Source: Paraspadella gotoi (Eukaryota; Animalia; Chaetognatha). Taken from it: a stretch of 64,000 bases of DNA. Position numbers and translations under genes: made by a program. The stretch is from NCBI GenBank assembly GCA_051294375.1, contig CM119270.1, forward strand, positions 20,293,021-20,357,020. The letters are read 5' to 3'. This document shows, one piece after another, positions 25,001 through 37,520 of this stretch. How positions within the stretch are numbered: the first letter of the stretch is position 1; every line of letters starts with the position of its first letter. The notes under the pieces were generated by a model, which saw nothing but the letters and a program-made list of their open reading frames with translations, ran no database searches and was not told where the DNA came from.

Positions 25001-28000
25001 TCTCGTACTGGTCTCTCTAACTTCATCTTCTCTGCCTCTTCCTTAATATCACTCTCTCCCTATCGTGAGATGGCTCCGCACGTTGCGCTCAGTATCTCGA
25101 CGACACGGCGCTCAGGCCGGTGTGATTCGACGCAGCTTGCAAGCGCCGCCTATGGCCCGCTGCTTCCCTATGGCACCTTGCCCGTACCCTTCGCTCTCTC
25201 TGCCTCAGACTGTCGACTCACCTTTGCCGCAATCATTTCCATTATTCTAGATGCATTGTGACACGATACAGAACTCGTGCAAATAATAATCAGGAGCCCG
25301 ACAAGCACTTGGAGGTAGTCTCTTTGTGAATACAAAAGCCTCACCCATAAGTCCATCACCATAAGGCCATTTTCAGCTGAAACCAATAGTGAACCTTAAC
25401 TTCCTTAATTCACATATTGGCGTCCAACTTCATCTTAATTCTTTATTAATCAGCCTTTTCAGGTCACCATATCTACTTCACCTTTACCGTTCGGGTGTAC
25501 TTGTGATAATTTTTTACTTTTTATTCTCGTATTTTCTCTCTCTTGTGGTTTTTTCTCTCTCCTAATTTTCGCTGAAAGTCGCTCGAATTTTTACCTTTAA
25601 ACTATTTTCGAACTTCTATTTAAAAACTCGAAATTAAAACAAATAAATTATTTCTATACAAGCTAAGTAAAGAAAATGAAACGATTAATTTTTTTTTTCA
25701 CCCAAAATTAGTGAAGTGAGACTGTTTTATTTTTAAGTGTCTTAATCAGATGAAAAGACGCCATAGGTTTTTTTTAAACTTAGGTATGATAATTTTTTGT
25801 GAATAAAACAATAAAAAGTATTTGTTTTTACAGTAAACTCAAGAAAAACACTCAAAACGTTAGGAAAACGAATGTGTGTAAAGAATGGAAAGAAGGCAAA
25901 ATAATAAAAAATAATATAAAAAATTATTTCAATAAATAATATGTACATTTGTAACTTACTGAATTTAATTTCCTTCAAAGTTGTTTAAGGAAAAACACCT
26001 CACAAGCCATGTTTTCGTGATGTGTAAAAATTTTTTCTCTTTTTTCTGCTTGTTCAATATGTGAATGAAATAAAACAACAGAGCGTACGCTAAGCCGAGG
26101 AATAGGGCGCAGACAGTCCACACTCTAGGCTTGTTTCTAGGTAGCCTCGGTAAGGGCTTCTTAGAGGAGTCGACCCAGTATTTTGGTTCAGAATGTTTTT
26201 ACACAACCGAATAATTCTTCGTTCTCGGTTCATGTCGCCGTACCACTACCGTCTCATATAATAATGGTGTGTTGGCCTGATTGGCTTCATCTCCTCTGCG
26301 TCTTTACTTTCTCAAATCAATAAATCCTGTTCTCCTGTGGAATTTGCGAGGTGAATTTGTATATCACTCTGAACTGGTTTTGAATTCTCGAGTCGTCTGC
26401 ATTTTTAATGTCAATAAAATATTTTTAAATCAAGTTGAAATTTCTCGAATCTTCGTCAAGTTCAGTCAAAATAAATAACAAAAGACTATTTAAGATTATA
26501 AGTGACAGAGGCAGCCTAAAGACAATATATTTAGTATATTTTTTCCCTCTGTTTTACACAAACTTATTCCTCTTCTCTTCATCCCCCCATTTCCCCCCCC
26601 ACCCCTCCCCCCTCCACCGAACCCCAGGGAACATCACCTCACACCCTTCGCCTCCAAATCGTTCGACCGATTTCAGACGTTCATCATCAACGTCACCTTT
26701 TCAGACCGGACAAGTGGGCGTGTCGACTTCCGAGGACCGCTTCACGCGGAGACGCGTCGTCCGCTCGTGCGATTCTCTGAATCCCGCGGCGTTTCTCATG
26801 AACGCCACTGGGGCGAAAGACGGCCACCGGCGAGCCACCGGAGGGGAGTACACCGTCAGGGAGTCGCTTTGTGTCGAACTGTTATGGCCTCACCAATAGG
26901 CGGAACCAGATTTCCTGTTATAATGTTTGTTTTTTTCATTGCACGCGTTGACAGGAACAAGAGAAGAATCTCTGGCGTTCTATGCGTTGCTATTGTGATT
27001 TAATATTTGTGCTCAACCTAAGTATTATTGTCCTCCGACGCTGTTTTGGGTGAGTTTTTAATGTATTGCGAAATGAGTAACGAAACAAAGAAAAAAAAAT
27101 TGAATAAGTCCTGGAGGTAAGGGGTTAATTTGCCTTTATGTTGAGTCATGCTAAATATGAGAGGGAAATACGTTGAAGGGTATGCTGTTGGGCGTGTTTT
27201 TTTTTTTTTTTTTTCATTGAAATAAAGTAATATAATGACTCTTTGTATTTTCATAGAATATTTATATTCTGTATATGCGAAAAGATTTAGGCTTAATTTC
27301 GGTGGTTGTGGTCGGCGTGGGCTAAATGATACAAAATATGAGACGGATTAGCTTTCAGTTTAATGTATTAAGTTTGGTATAAAATATGAAATTTAAAACT
27401 TGAAGGATACCTGAGATTAGTGTTTCCAAGACTATTTAACTTTATGTTTTGACAAAAAAGTTCGATTATAATATTGTACAACTCCCAATTATTCTCATGG
27501 TGCTGCAAATACTTCGAATATCTCTCTCACACATTGTTCATCTTCGTTTATCTCAATCTCTCTTTTCTCTTCTCTCTCTCTACATATATCATCGGCACAA
27601 CTGAGGACTTATAGCGAAGTCTCCTGTCACTCTTTATTTCGTTAATTACTTGCATCGCTCCACATCTCGTCTCCTCTCTCTCTACCGCGGCTGAAGTAAA
27701 AGGATTTCAAGGTATTTTATTCATGAAAAAACGAGGAGCTTATTTAAATTAATGAAACGTTCGGTGTTTAAATAAATATCTCACAAAATAAATTATAACT
27801 TAAACATGATAAAAAACGTTCATCATTTAGAATATGTAAAATAATAAAAGGGGTAGGACTTTCGGTTTTACACGGAACGTTGTGTGAGAAATAACGGCTA
27901 CGCGGAAGTCGAAGTCCCAACTTATTTTCTCTTTCTCTCTGGTTTTCATTCCAACGGGATGATATCGTGATTCGATACAAATGGACAAAAGAATGAACTC

Positions 28001-28104
28001 TGACGAGTCTAACAATTAATTTTATTCTCAATATGGCTGTGTGAATATCTGTCCGCGTTGAGAAAAATATGGATACGAATCGAAAATGTGGGTAGTTAGA
28101 ATTG

Positions 28105-31100
28105 TTCATCACCGAGGTCGCATTTATCAAAACGATGACCCAGGGACGGTTTTGCTGCAGGAGGTTTCTTTCTCTCTCAGAAAATAACCTCCAAGAAAAA
28201 ACTTTACTTCCTCGCCCAAATAATATAAATACTTTTCCGTATTTATTTTGTATTTCACAATGTCGGAATATACGTATTAGATCGTAACGGTAATAATATA
28301 AAGTTCCGCAAATGATATGTGGTGTAAAAAAAATAAAGAAATTAAAAGAATTTAACGACGTGGTGTTTATAAAAAAATATACTGCCAATTTGATTTAAAG
28401 GTCTTAAACTCTCTCAGGTGGTGAGCAAAAATATAAAAAAATTAAAATTAAGCGCGCACACAAAAAAAATATATATAAAATATTAGATATTATAATAAAT
28501 AACATAGAGAACGAAAAAGTTAATAACAGAGCTAAGGTATCTGGTTTCCTGTAAAAGAGAAATAATCATTTATATCGTTCGACGCGTGCGAAATTTCTAA
28601 CCTTTTACTGACTTTCTTTAATTTAACTCGCGCCATGGCCACTTTACCTCGTTATATCTTCTCTTCATTAGTGTGGCGTGGCCTCGGTGCGAATCATTTA
28701 ACCTTTCTCGGTTCATTTAATCCATGCAGGATGTAAAACTATACTCCAGCACGCGCACGATATCGCGACTGCTTAAACCTGCAACTCATAGCGAAACTAC
28801 GTGTCCATACTTGGGCGAAACACAACCATCGACGTTATCGAAACTCTCATCGCGATCTCGCACGCTCTCTCGAATTATGTGGAACCAACGACGAACAACG
28901 TACGAACGACGGACGCTTGAGAAATCTTTCTTAAAAAACTCCTTTATTCAAACTTTTATTTCAATGACTTAAGTTTTATTTTCTTTGTTATGTTTTAAAA
29001 ATTCACATTAAAAGTCAAAATCCTATTCTTTATTTTCACGTAATAAACTATGCTTACATATATGTTAGTTTCTAAACTATTAATTGTGTCACTCTGTGGA
29101 TAAACCAATCTTACGATAAATACATCTTTATACTTATCTGAGACTCGTACTTTAAATCTCCAAAGTCAATCAAAAACATCATACATTAGATTTGTCTTCT
29201 TCTCATTCTTTTTTCTCATTCCGAGCCCTCTGCCCTAACTTCTGTTTTAAAACCCCTCTTACCTCTATACTGCCTGTAAACTGCACTGTCCCCCCGACAA
29301 GTGTTCGTTTCGCTTGAGAAATCCGAACTTAGAAACGTTTACATTCCGCCTTCATCTCTGCACTATTAACATTTACTAAAAATACTATAGTTAACACGCT
29401 CACAACAGCCGCAAACTGGTCATATCAAAGGCGCCCGACGAAGGCAGCTACCCTAACCCACAGGTCAAGGCGCCCACAATAAGCTCCCCCCCATAAAATA
29501 TAAAAAGCGGTGTTCCATGAGTGTGAAGGAATCCGATTATTCTTTCTACTCTTCGACCTCTGCTCCAGAACCCCGCGATTTGTTACATTCGTCTTAACCC
29601 TCAATAAAGCTGGAGGGACAGTTCTTAGTATGTTTTTCTTTCTTTTTAATGTTCTTTTTTTTTATAACAAAAATAAAAGTCTGGTGTGCAAATCCGCCTG
29701 GCGTAATTTCATTTTTCAAATCCTCTTAAGTCAGTTTCTTGGCTCTATTAACTAATTGATCTGATATATTAAACCTTCTCATATCATTCTTTCTGCTCTC
29801 CAGTAACTCAATTTTATCGCGCATCATTCTCTTGTTTAACCATTTTCGACATTTTTCTGCTCCGTTCTCCCGCTCCCTCCACGTATGTGCAGCACTTTTC
29901 ATTCACCCTCTCGTGTCTCATTTAGTCAGACCATTATATTATCATATTACCTTATACCTCGCACTCATATATTTCTCCCCGTTCTCTCCCGCCCCATCAA
30001 TTGGCCTTCCCCTATACCTCTGTTTTTTCAAATCATGTCGCTTTTAGTTTTTCCTTTACTCCTATCCTTTCTTTATTACTGATCATCCCATCATACCAAC
30101 TGAACGATAGTGGCATATACTTCTTTTAAAAAGGCTTGTCCTATTTTTTGTACACCTTTTTCCTAGCAAATGATCTTTCTTCACAGCTGTGAACACAGTG
30201 TTTAACACCTTTCCCCCACCTCATATTACCAAATTATAGAGAGGATATATCTTTCTTTGCGCACATCGCATTTTTGACAAACTCATCCCGATAATATCAA
30301 AATAATCCCCCCGATTATATATTTTATATTCTTGCCGATTTACCTTAATATATATTATAATATTCTTAGCCATAAAATTTTCCGACATTTTTATTTTTCA
30401 CTCTAATTTTCTCTCTCAATGTGGTTCTCATCTCTTCTCTTCATTGTTCGACAGTTTCATATCACCCCACCATTGGCCATATATAAACCACTCGACCCCC
30501 CTTTTTCTGTCCTATTTTATTTTAACCATTATTCTCGAAACAATCTTATACTCTGCCTCCTCTACCTTTCTCACTAGTCCAACCTACACTTTTCTTGCTT
30601 ATGCGGAACACTGTCCTCTCTGATTATTATAACTAACTTCGCCTTGCGCTCACTTTCGTAACTCCGCCAGGTTCCCGCAACTAGTCCTAACACCAATCTC
30701 TCGCTCATTCGTTCCATATTCGCTACATTTATATCCTTTATTTCCTATTAATTGTTCTGCCACCCTTCTCGAAATTCTTCTCTCTATACTCGGTGGTTGC
30801 TTTACTCGATTGTTTTTTAGTTGCTACATCGTACTTAATTAAAAAAATCTTTCCATCGCTCAGTCGTACCTATGTACGTGTTTACTCTTCTATCTCTCTC
30901 TTCTCTCTCTTCCGTCTCATCTCTCGCTCTCTCCTCTCTCTCTCTCTCACTAATTTCTCCCTCCACTCCATACTCTCATTTCCTTCTACTGTTCCTGATC
31001 CTTATGTCACGCCATTATTTCATCTATTTTATTGTTCAAACTATCTGACTTCGCTTTAACTCTAGAGCTATATTACGGCTTGTCACTGACACCCACCATC

Positions 31101-34100
31101 AGTTTCTGCATCAATTCTCTCACCACCAAGTGTGCGATCAACCGACATCACTGTTATACTATCATCTCAGCAGACATAGCAGTTGACGGGCTTAATTGTC
31201 GGAAGCAGTGAGGGTCCGAGAGGATTCTAACCTCCCATGTATTCGATCATCATCCAATCTTAGTCCCATCCATCACGATTCATCATTCTTCATAAGTCAT
31301 CTCATGTCGCTATCAGATCATATCCATCCTTTATCGAGATATTCTCAATCAAAGGTGCGGTGATCTGTGCTCAAGTCGCTATAGATACCGAGAGATTCTT
31401 ATGCGCCTCTCTTTACGAAAATGGGTCTTAAAGCGTGACTTCGAGCGTAGATAAGAGAATGAGAGAGAGAGAGGAGCGTGGGAGAAAAGAGGCAAGGAGA
31501 GAGTGAGAAACGGGGAAGACTGATTGATTGTGAGAGGAATTTGGAGGAGGTGAACAATGAACAAAACGGAGAGATCGGAGTGTGAGGTAGGAGATTGGGA
31601 GAGGATTTTGGAATTGTCAGAGAGGAGAGAAGAACTGAGAGAGGATGATAGAGAGTGTGATGCGAGAGTGATGATACGAGATTGAGAGAGACAGAGGAGA
31701 CAGAGAGAGAGAGATGAGGACCAGGGTCCATTGGACTGCAAGGCGAGTTTCGAAGAAGCCGGGAGACTCGAGGGAATTCGAATCATCTCTGACTCGGTCT
31801 CTCAGGACTATCTCGTCTGATCTCCCCCTCCTGACTGTATTACTCTCTCTGGTCGCCTCTGATAGTCTTGTTATCGACTAGACTCTCTTCGCTCTCTCTT
31901 TCTTTCTCATCGCAAGCTTATCAGAGATCTGTATCACTCGAAGGGATACCCTTAATTACGACGACTCTCTTCACTCAGAGAGAAATCCAAAAGATGTGGA
32001 CCTGGGACATCGAGAAGAGAGAGAGAATATGTTGTTTTATATTTTTCATTTGTTCATCGGCTCAATGCTTCCTTTTGTCGGGAGATTCTCTTTTTGTTTT
32101 CTTCATAATTTATGAATGAAAAAGAATTCACGCGTGACCTACTCACGTTGATCATCTTCCAGTCACCTAGGTGGGTGACAATCAATCCTAAGTTGACGTG
32201 AACGGGCGGCTGCTCTAGCCACGAATCTTCTCCAAATTCTCTCGCTTTTCTCGACTTCACGTCGTTTTCAGTCGTCCCGAGGTTATATTCACGAGACAGT
32301 AGAATGTGAATCACCAAGTAAAAGTGAGCGTGAGAACACATAAACGGATGGTTGCCGTTTTTTCTCGTCTATACGGTTATGTCTGATTCTGAATAAGATA
32401 TGTTGAAACGATGTAGATTTGTATAGGAAGAAAGAAGAAAAAGAGAATATGTGAATATGTGATAAAGGTTGTTTTGTGAAGGTTAGATTTTGGTTTTAAT
32501 CTGTTAATGAAAAGAAAAAAAAGAAGAAAAAAGTGTATAAAGAGAGAAATGAAAGGAGGTAGATAAGAAAGAAGACCGAAAAATTCACGTTTTTTCTCCA
32601 GTTCTCTTTCACGCAGAAATAAATCTAAGAGACCCTCCTTTAAATAGTATCGAAGAATAACGTGGAAAAGTGAATGATATTGCACACGCGAGAGAAAAAC
32701 GAAACGGGACAGTGAATATCTCTCGTATTAGAGGTAGAACGTTGATAGTTGGCGCCTTTCGCGACATATTTGAGACTCTCTTTAGCACGCGCGTTGTAGT
32801 TTACGAGGGTGAGACGAGGGGTGAGGCCGCTAATAGCTCGTTTTTTGCCGATATTTGTCATTGTTGCTTGAGTGCAGTAGAAGTTTGGGCGGAGAGTGTT
32901 ATTTTCGCGCCGGATCGTTAGTGCTAGATGTATACCAGGGTTGATAGAAGAGATAATGAGAGCTGATTTTTTACAACACACTCACGATTCCTCGTGAGGA
33001 TAGGTTCCTACTCGTGATACGTGTGGCTGAGTATGTCGTGTGGTTCCAATGGGATTTATAAAAGATTTTTCTGATTTTCTAATTTTATACACCTTACGAG
33101 ATGAGAATTCTGAATATGAAAAATATATATAGCTTTAATATAGTGTTGTTTGTTAAATTTTAATTATAATATATTATGTACACGAATTGAACCATTGAAT
33201 TGTGGAGTAAATTCTATATATGGATTGTATTATTCTTACGCCAGTATTATGCTTTATTCTATATTATTTATATTCGTGTATACTAATCGAAGGTATAATA
33301 CAAGTAATGAATTATTAGTCAACACTCTTTTTCTATATTCATTAATCAATTAGGCTATCTGTATGCTCTTCATTGCTTATTTTTGTTTATCTTCTTATAA
33401 TAATCTGTCGACTATATATTTACTAGATCTCTTTTATGTCTTATGGTTTTTGTGTCTCACTCCAAATCAGAAGCGAAATGATCTATAACCCATTTCACAC
33501 AGTTTTCTCGACTATAGTAAATATCTGCCAGTATCTCAGCAACGTGATTGTAGAGAGAAAATAATACGTTTCTATAACATCTATATACAAAACCGTTGAC
33601 CAATTCCTAGGTACGCTCACCTCGAATTAAGTTTTGTCGTATTTATTTTTCTCGCGCGAAATTTTTATTGTTACAAATGGAAAGTTGAGAAAAATATATT
33701 TTTCATATATTTTTAAATCTAAATTCTAAAATTATTCAATGCATAGCTGCTCTCACGAATAAGTTTTGTGTATATGTAGATAGAACATGAAAAGAATTAT
33801 ATTAGTATAAAGTGTTATTTTCTTTTATTCTAAGTCCAATAACTTTTAGCTTGAGGATTTTTAAAGGCGTGGTTAATGATGAATATCTATGACAAAGGCA
33901 ACTCGTAAGAGCTGTAGAACAAAAATATTTTATATAAAAGGAGGGTGACGCTTTCTCGATACTATTAGTTGACAAGAATGGTGATTTTACGCTGAACATG
34001 GGAATTTCTGTGTTATGTCTTCTTTGGTGAATATTAGGGATGCAGTTTAATGAGCTTTACGACTTAAAAAGTCTTCCACTCTGCGCGAAAGCACATGGTG

Positions 34101-34510
34101 ATGACATGGTTTGTCAAAATCATTATCATCTAGATACCATAAGTATAGTATTATGCTCAGTAACTTACTACCGTGTGGATGCCTGATTGTAATGATATCG
34201 TCCTGCGCTCGTCGATATATTACATCGTATATGATGAAAACTCACAATTTTTCAGCTGAATAGGTCTTGCTGATACATTTGATGGTGAATACGAGAAATA
34301 ACAGGACCAATAAAAGTCTTCAGTCATATTTCGCGCAATCATGGTGACTCTTTTCTCGACTCGGGATTTTTTTTCTCCTTGATAAAATTTCTCAGATTCG
34401 AATGGAAATTTCGTCATTCGTTTTTTATAGTTGGATGTCGGAGAAGAATTTGATTTTATGAGGTTGCGAATGGCTTGATCTGATCTACGTCGTAGTGCTA
34501 ACTAGGGGTG
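28105..34510 (+). repeat. Noisy, insertion-expanded direct copy of ~15235-18631
   Basis: Anchor pairs: gaaatctttcttaaaaa (15607/28921), cacaataagctcccccccataaa (15964/29475), gaagaagccgggagactcgagg (17182/31752) and tcgtagtgctaactagggg (18611/34490). Confidence 0.9.
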
Positions 34511-34804
34511 AGAGAGAGAGAAGTATGAGTGAGAGAGATGAGAGAGAGATGATGAGGTAGGGAAGACTGTGAGGAGAGACTTGTCGAGATGAGAGAAGAT
34601 TTGGAAGTGAGAGAGCAGAGAGAGGGGAGAGGAATGGGGGGACGACCTGGTAGGAATAATAGAAGAGACAATGTTATGCAAGATTGGATGAGCGAATAAG
34701 AAGAAAAAAACTCGATCCTCGCGATTGGAGAGAGGTTGTGAAAGTATTAAAAAGGAGTCCATGAGCGGCAGAGAGAGAGGAAAGACGAGTGACAGTTTAA
34801 TCCT

Positions 34805-35165
34805 TTAACCTAACCCAAGTCCGACTAGAAGACCTGATAACCTAATCCCGAGAGAAATAACGCACTAACCAACCCAATCCCTAACCTAACCAACTAACCT
34901 AACTCAATGCCTAGCCTAACTTAAAGCACAATCGCTCTTAGAAGCGCTCATGAAGTACATAACGCCAAATCGCACCTAGAGAGGAACGTGGAACCTAAAC
35001 CTCGAATCGGCGCCCTTCACGCTAAGACCGCTAACCCAATCGACGCCATAGACGTAACTAAGGCACGAAATCGAAGACCTAGAGCCTAACCTACCAGATC
35101 TCTAACATAACCGCCACAATCCTAACTAATCGTAACCCAATTCCATAAGCCAACCTGAAACCTAT
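34805..35165. repeat. Degenerate (CCTAA)n / (TTAGG)n tract
   Basis: Repeated cctaa/aacct pentamers, e.g. ccctaacctaaccaactaacctaac, within noisy sequence. Confidence 0.6.
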
Positions 35166-35680
35166 ATCCCGTACCAAATCCATAGTTGGTGGGAATCATA
35201 CTTTTCTGCCCCGAATTGGAATATTGTTTTAAAGGGGAAGATTCAAAAGGTGGAATATTCGATGCGACGCGAAACTTACGCATCATGGTGTGAAGTCAGA
35301 TGAGAGAGGAAGATGAAGGAGAGAGAGAGAGAAGGAGAGGAGGGAGGTAGTGACCCATCTAGGTGGTTGCTGATGGGTAAAAAAAGTGACGTATGATGAG
35401 GACGAGAGAGAGGAGGGAGACGAAATCGGAGACGCGAGAGCATGTAGAGGGAGACAGAAAGAGACAATCTCTCTCCCAAAGACTTTCTCGACCGGCCGCA
35501 CGGTATTTAAAATAATATGAGCTACTTTTTTCTCCATCGAAGAAGCAAGGAAGGCAACAACAAAGACGATGACGATGACAAACATTAACAACCCCAATCA
35601 GTCACGACGGCAGAGGAAAATGTCGGGCGCGAACTACATTGTAGCCAAGAATTATGCGCAAAAAGACATTGGCTCGCCCG

Positions 35681-35714
<34 letters not shown>

Positions 35715-36409
35715 NNNNNNNNNNNNNNNNNNNNNNNNNNNNNNNNNNNNNNNNNNNNNNNNNNNNNNNNNNNNNNNNNNNNNNNNNNNNNNNNNNNNNN
35801 NNNNNNNNNNNNNNNNNNNNNNNNNNNNNNNNGAGGAGAGGACCGAGATGTCGAGGGAGATCTAGGACTGACGAGATCGATCTCTCGAGTGCTGACTGAG
35901 AGAGACGGATGAGAGAGATCAATGAGAAAGAAACGATACAATGAAACTCTCTCTCTACAAAATCATCAATCATACATCATCATCTCATACATATCACAAT
36001 CATCTATTCTCTCTAACTCTCTCTCTACAAATCCAGAACAACGCAGAGCTTCTCAATTTAAAAATCCCCTGAAATCGGATTAAAGGGAGATTTCGGTAAA
36101 TTCGCTCGGAAAGTAAAACCGTTTCTTGTTGTTGTTGTTGTTAAGCTCATTGAAATAATAAGGGAATCAACGAAGCGAGTAAGTTGGGCGATGAGAATCG
36201 AGCCTTACCTTTTTTTCTCTGCTTCGCTGCTTACCTTTTTTGTCGGTCCTTTCGTTTCTACTGACGGTAATTAGGCCAGATACGACACAGTAAACTTGTT
36301 GTTGTTGTTGTTTTTGTTGTGGTTGTTGTTATTGATATTGTCATTTTTTTGTGTCGCAAGAGTGAATCTCTATTTCTTCAAATTCAAACGTCTGAGTCTC
36401 TCGTCGTCG

Positions 36410-36575
36410 TTTTCTTTTCTTTTCTTTTCTTTTCTATTCTATTCTATTCTATTCTATTCTATTCTATTCTATTCTATTCTATTCTATTCTTTTCTTTTCT
36501 TTTCTTTTCTTTTCTTTTCTTTTCTTTTCTTTTCCTTTCCTTTCCTTTCCTTTCCTTTCCTTTCCTTTCCTTTCA
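36410..36575. repeat. Compound pentanucleotide microsatellite (TTTTC)(TATTC)(TTTTC)(TTTCC)
   Basis: Directly visible. Confidence 0.95.
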
Positions 36576-36695
36576 TTTCCTTAACTTCAAAACCCTGTAC
36601 TTTTTTTTTCTCATTTCCTCTCTTTACTCCGCGACTTACAAATTCATTTTTCGGTTCTTTTGAAGGATTTTTTATCTTCCTCCTCTTCGTCCTTT

Positions 36696-36727
<32 letters not shown>

Positions 36728-37485
36728 CTCCTCAGCTTTTCTCTATACTATATATTCTCTCTTTTTATTCTTTTCACTTTTTTTTCTCTTTACTTTTTTG
36801 ATCCGATGCTCTTTTTTTTCTTACCTTAAACGATTCTTTTGTTTTGTTGATCCCAGCCTCGATCCCATTTAAGCCTTAATCCTCACAGATGGCGCGAGAG
36901 AGAGACATTTAAAGTCCCTTAAGCCGGAGTTAAAATTATCGTCACTTATGTATATTCTTTCTGACGGATCGACAGAGTTGTGCGATAAGATAGGCAAATT
37001 ATATCATGAAATCGGTACTACTATCTATTTATCTATAAAATTACGAGCATGCTTCCTGGTTTTATGATATTAAATGATTAAATGATTAACAAGCTATAAG
37101 TTAGCCAACATAATAAATTCCGGTTTGTATTTAACCAGTTTATTTTTGTCTTTGTCTTTGTCATGGCGAACTCGGTCATCCCTGCGTGAACGACCTTGCG
37201 TGCACGACCTTGCGTGCACGACCGTGAGTGCGCGTCGATTGGAATCGCACGCAAAGCGAGAAAAGGTGGAGGAAAAAAAATCGATAACCAAAACCAAAGT
37301 TGTCGTCGTTATTGTTGTTGTTGTCGTCGTCGTCGTCGTCGTCTTCGTATGCAGGCAGATGCAGATTCTTGTCAACTGACTAAAAAGGAAAGCGTTCATT
37401 AGTAAAGTTTAATGAACTAAGCAATTTTTTAAAAAAAAGTTTAAATTTAGTTTTCAACTAATTAGAGAGAGTATTATTTGTTATC

Positions 37486-37520
<35 letters not shown>

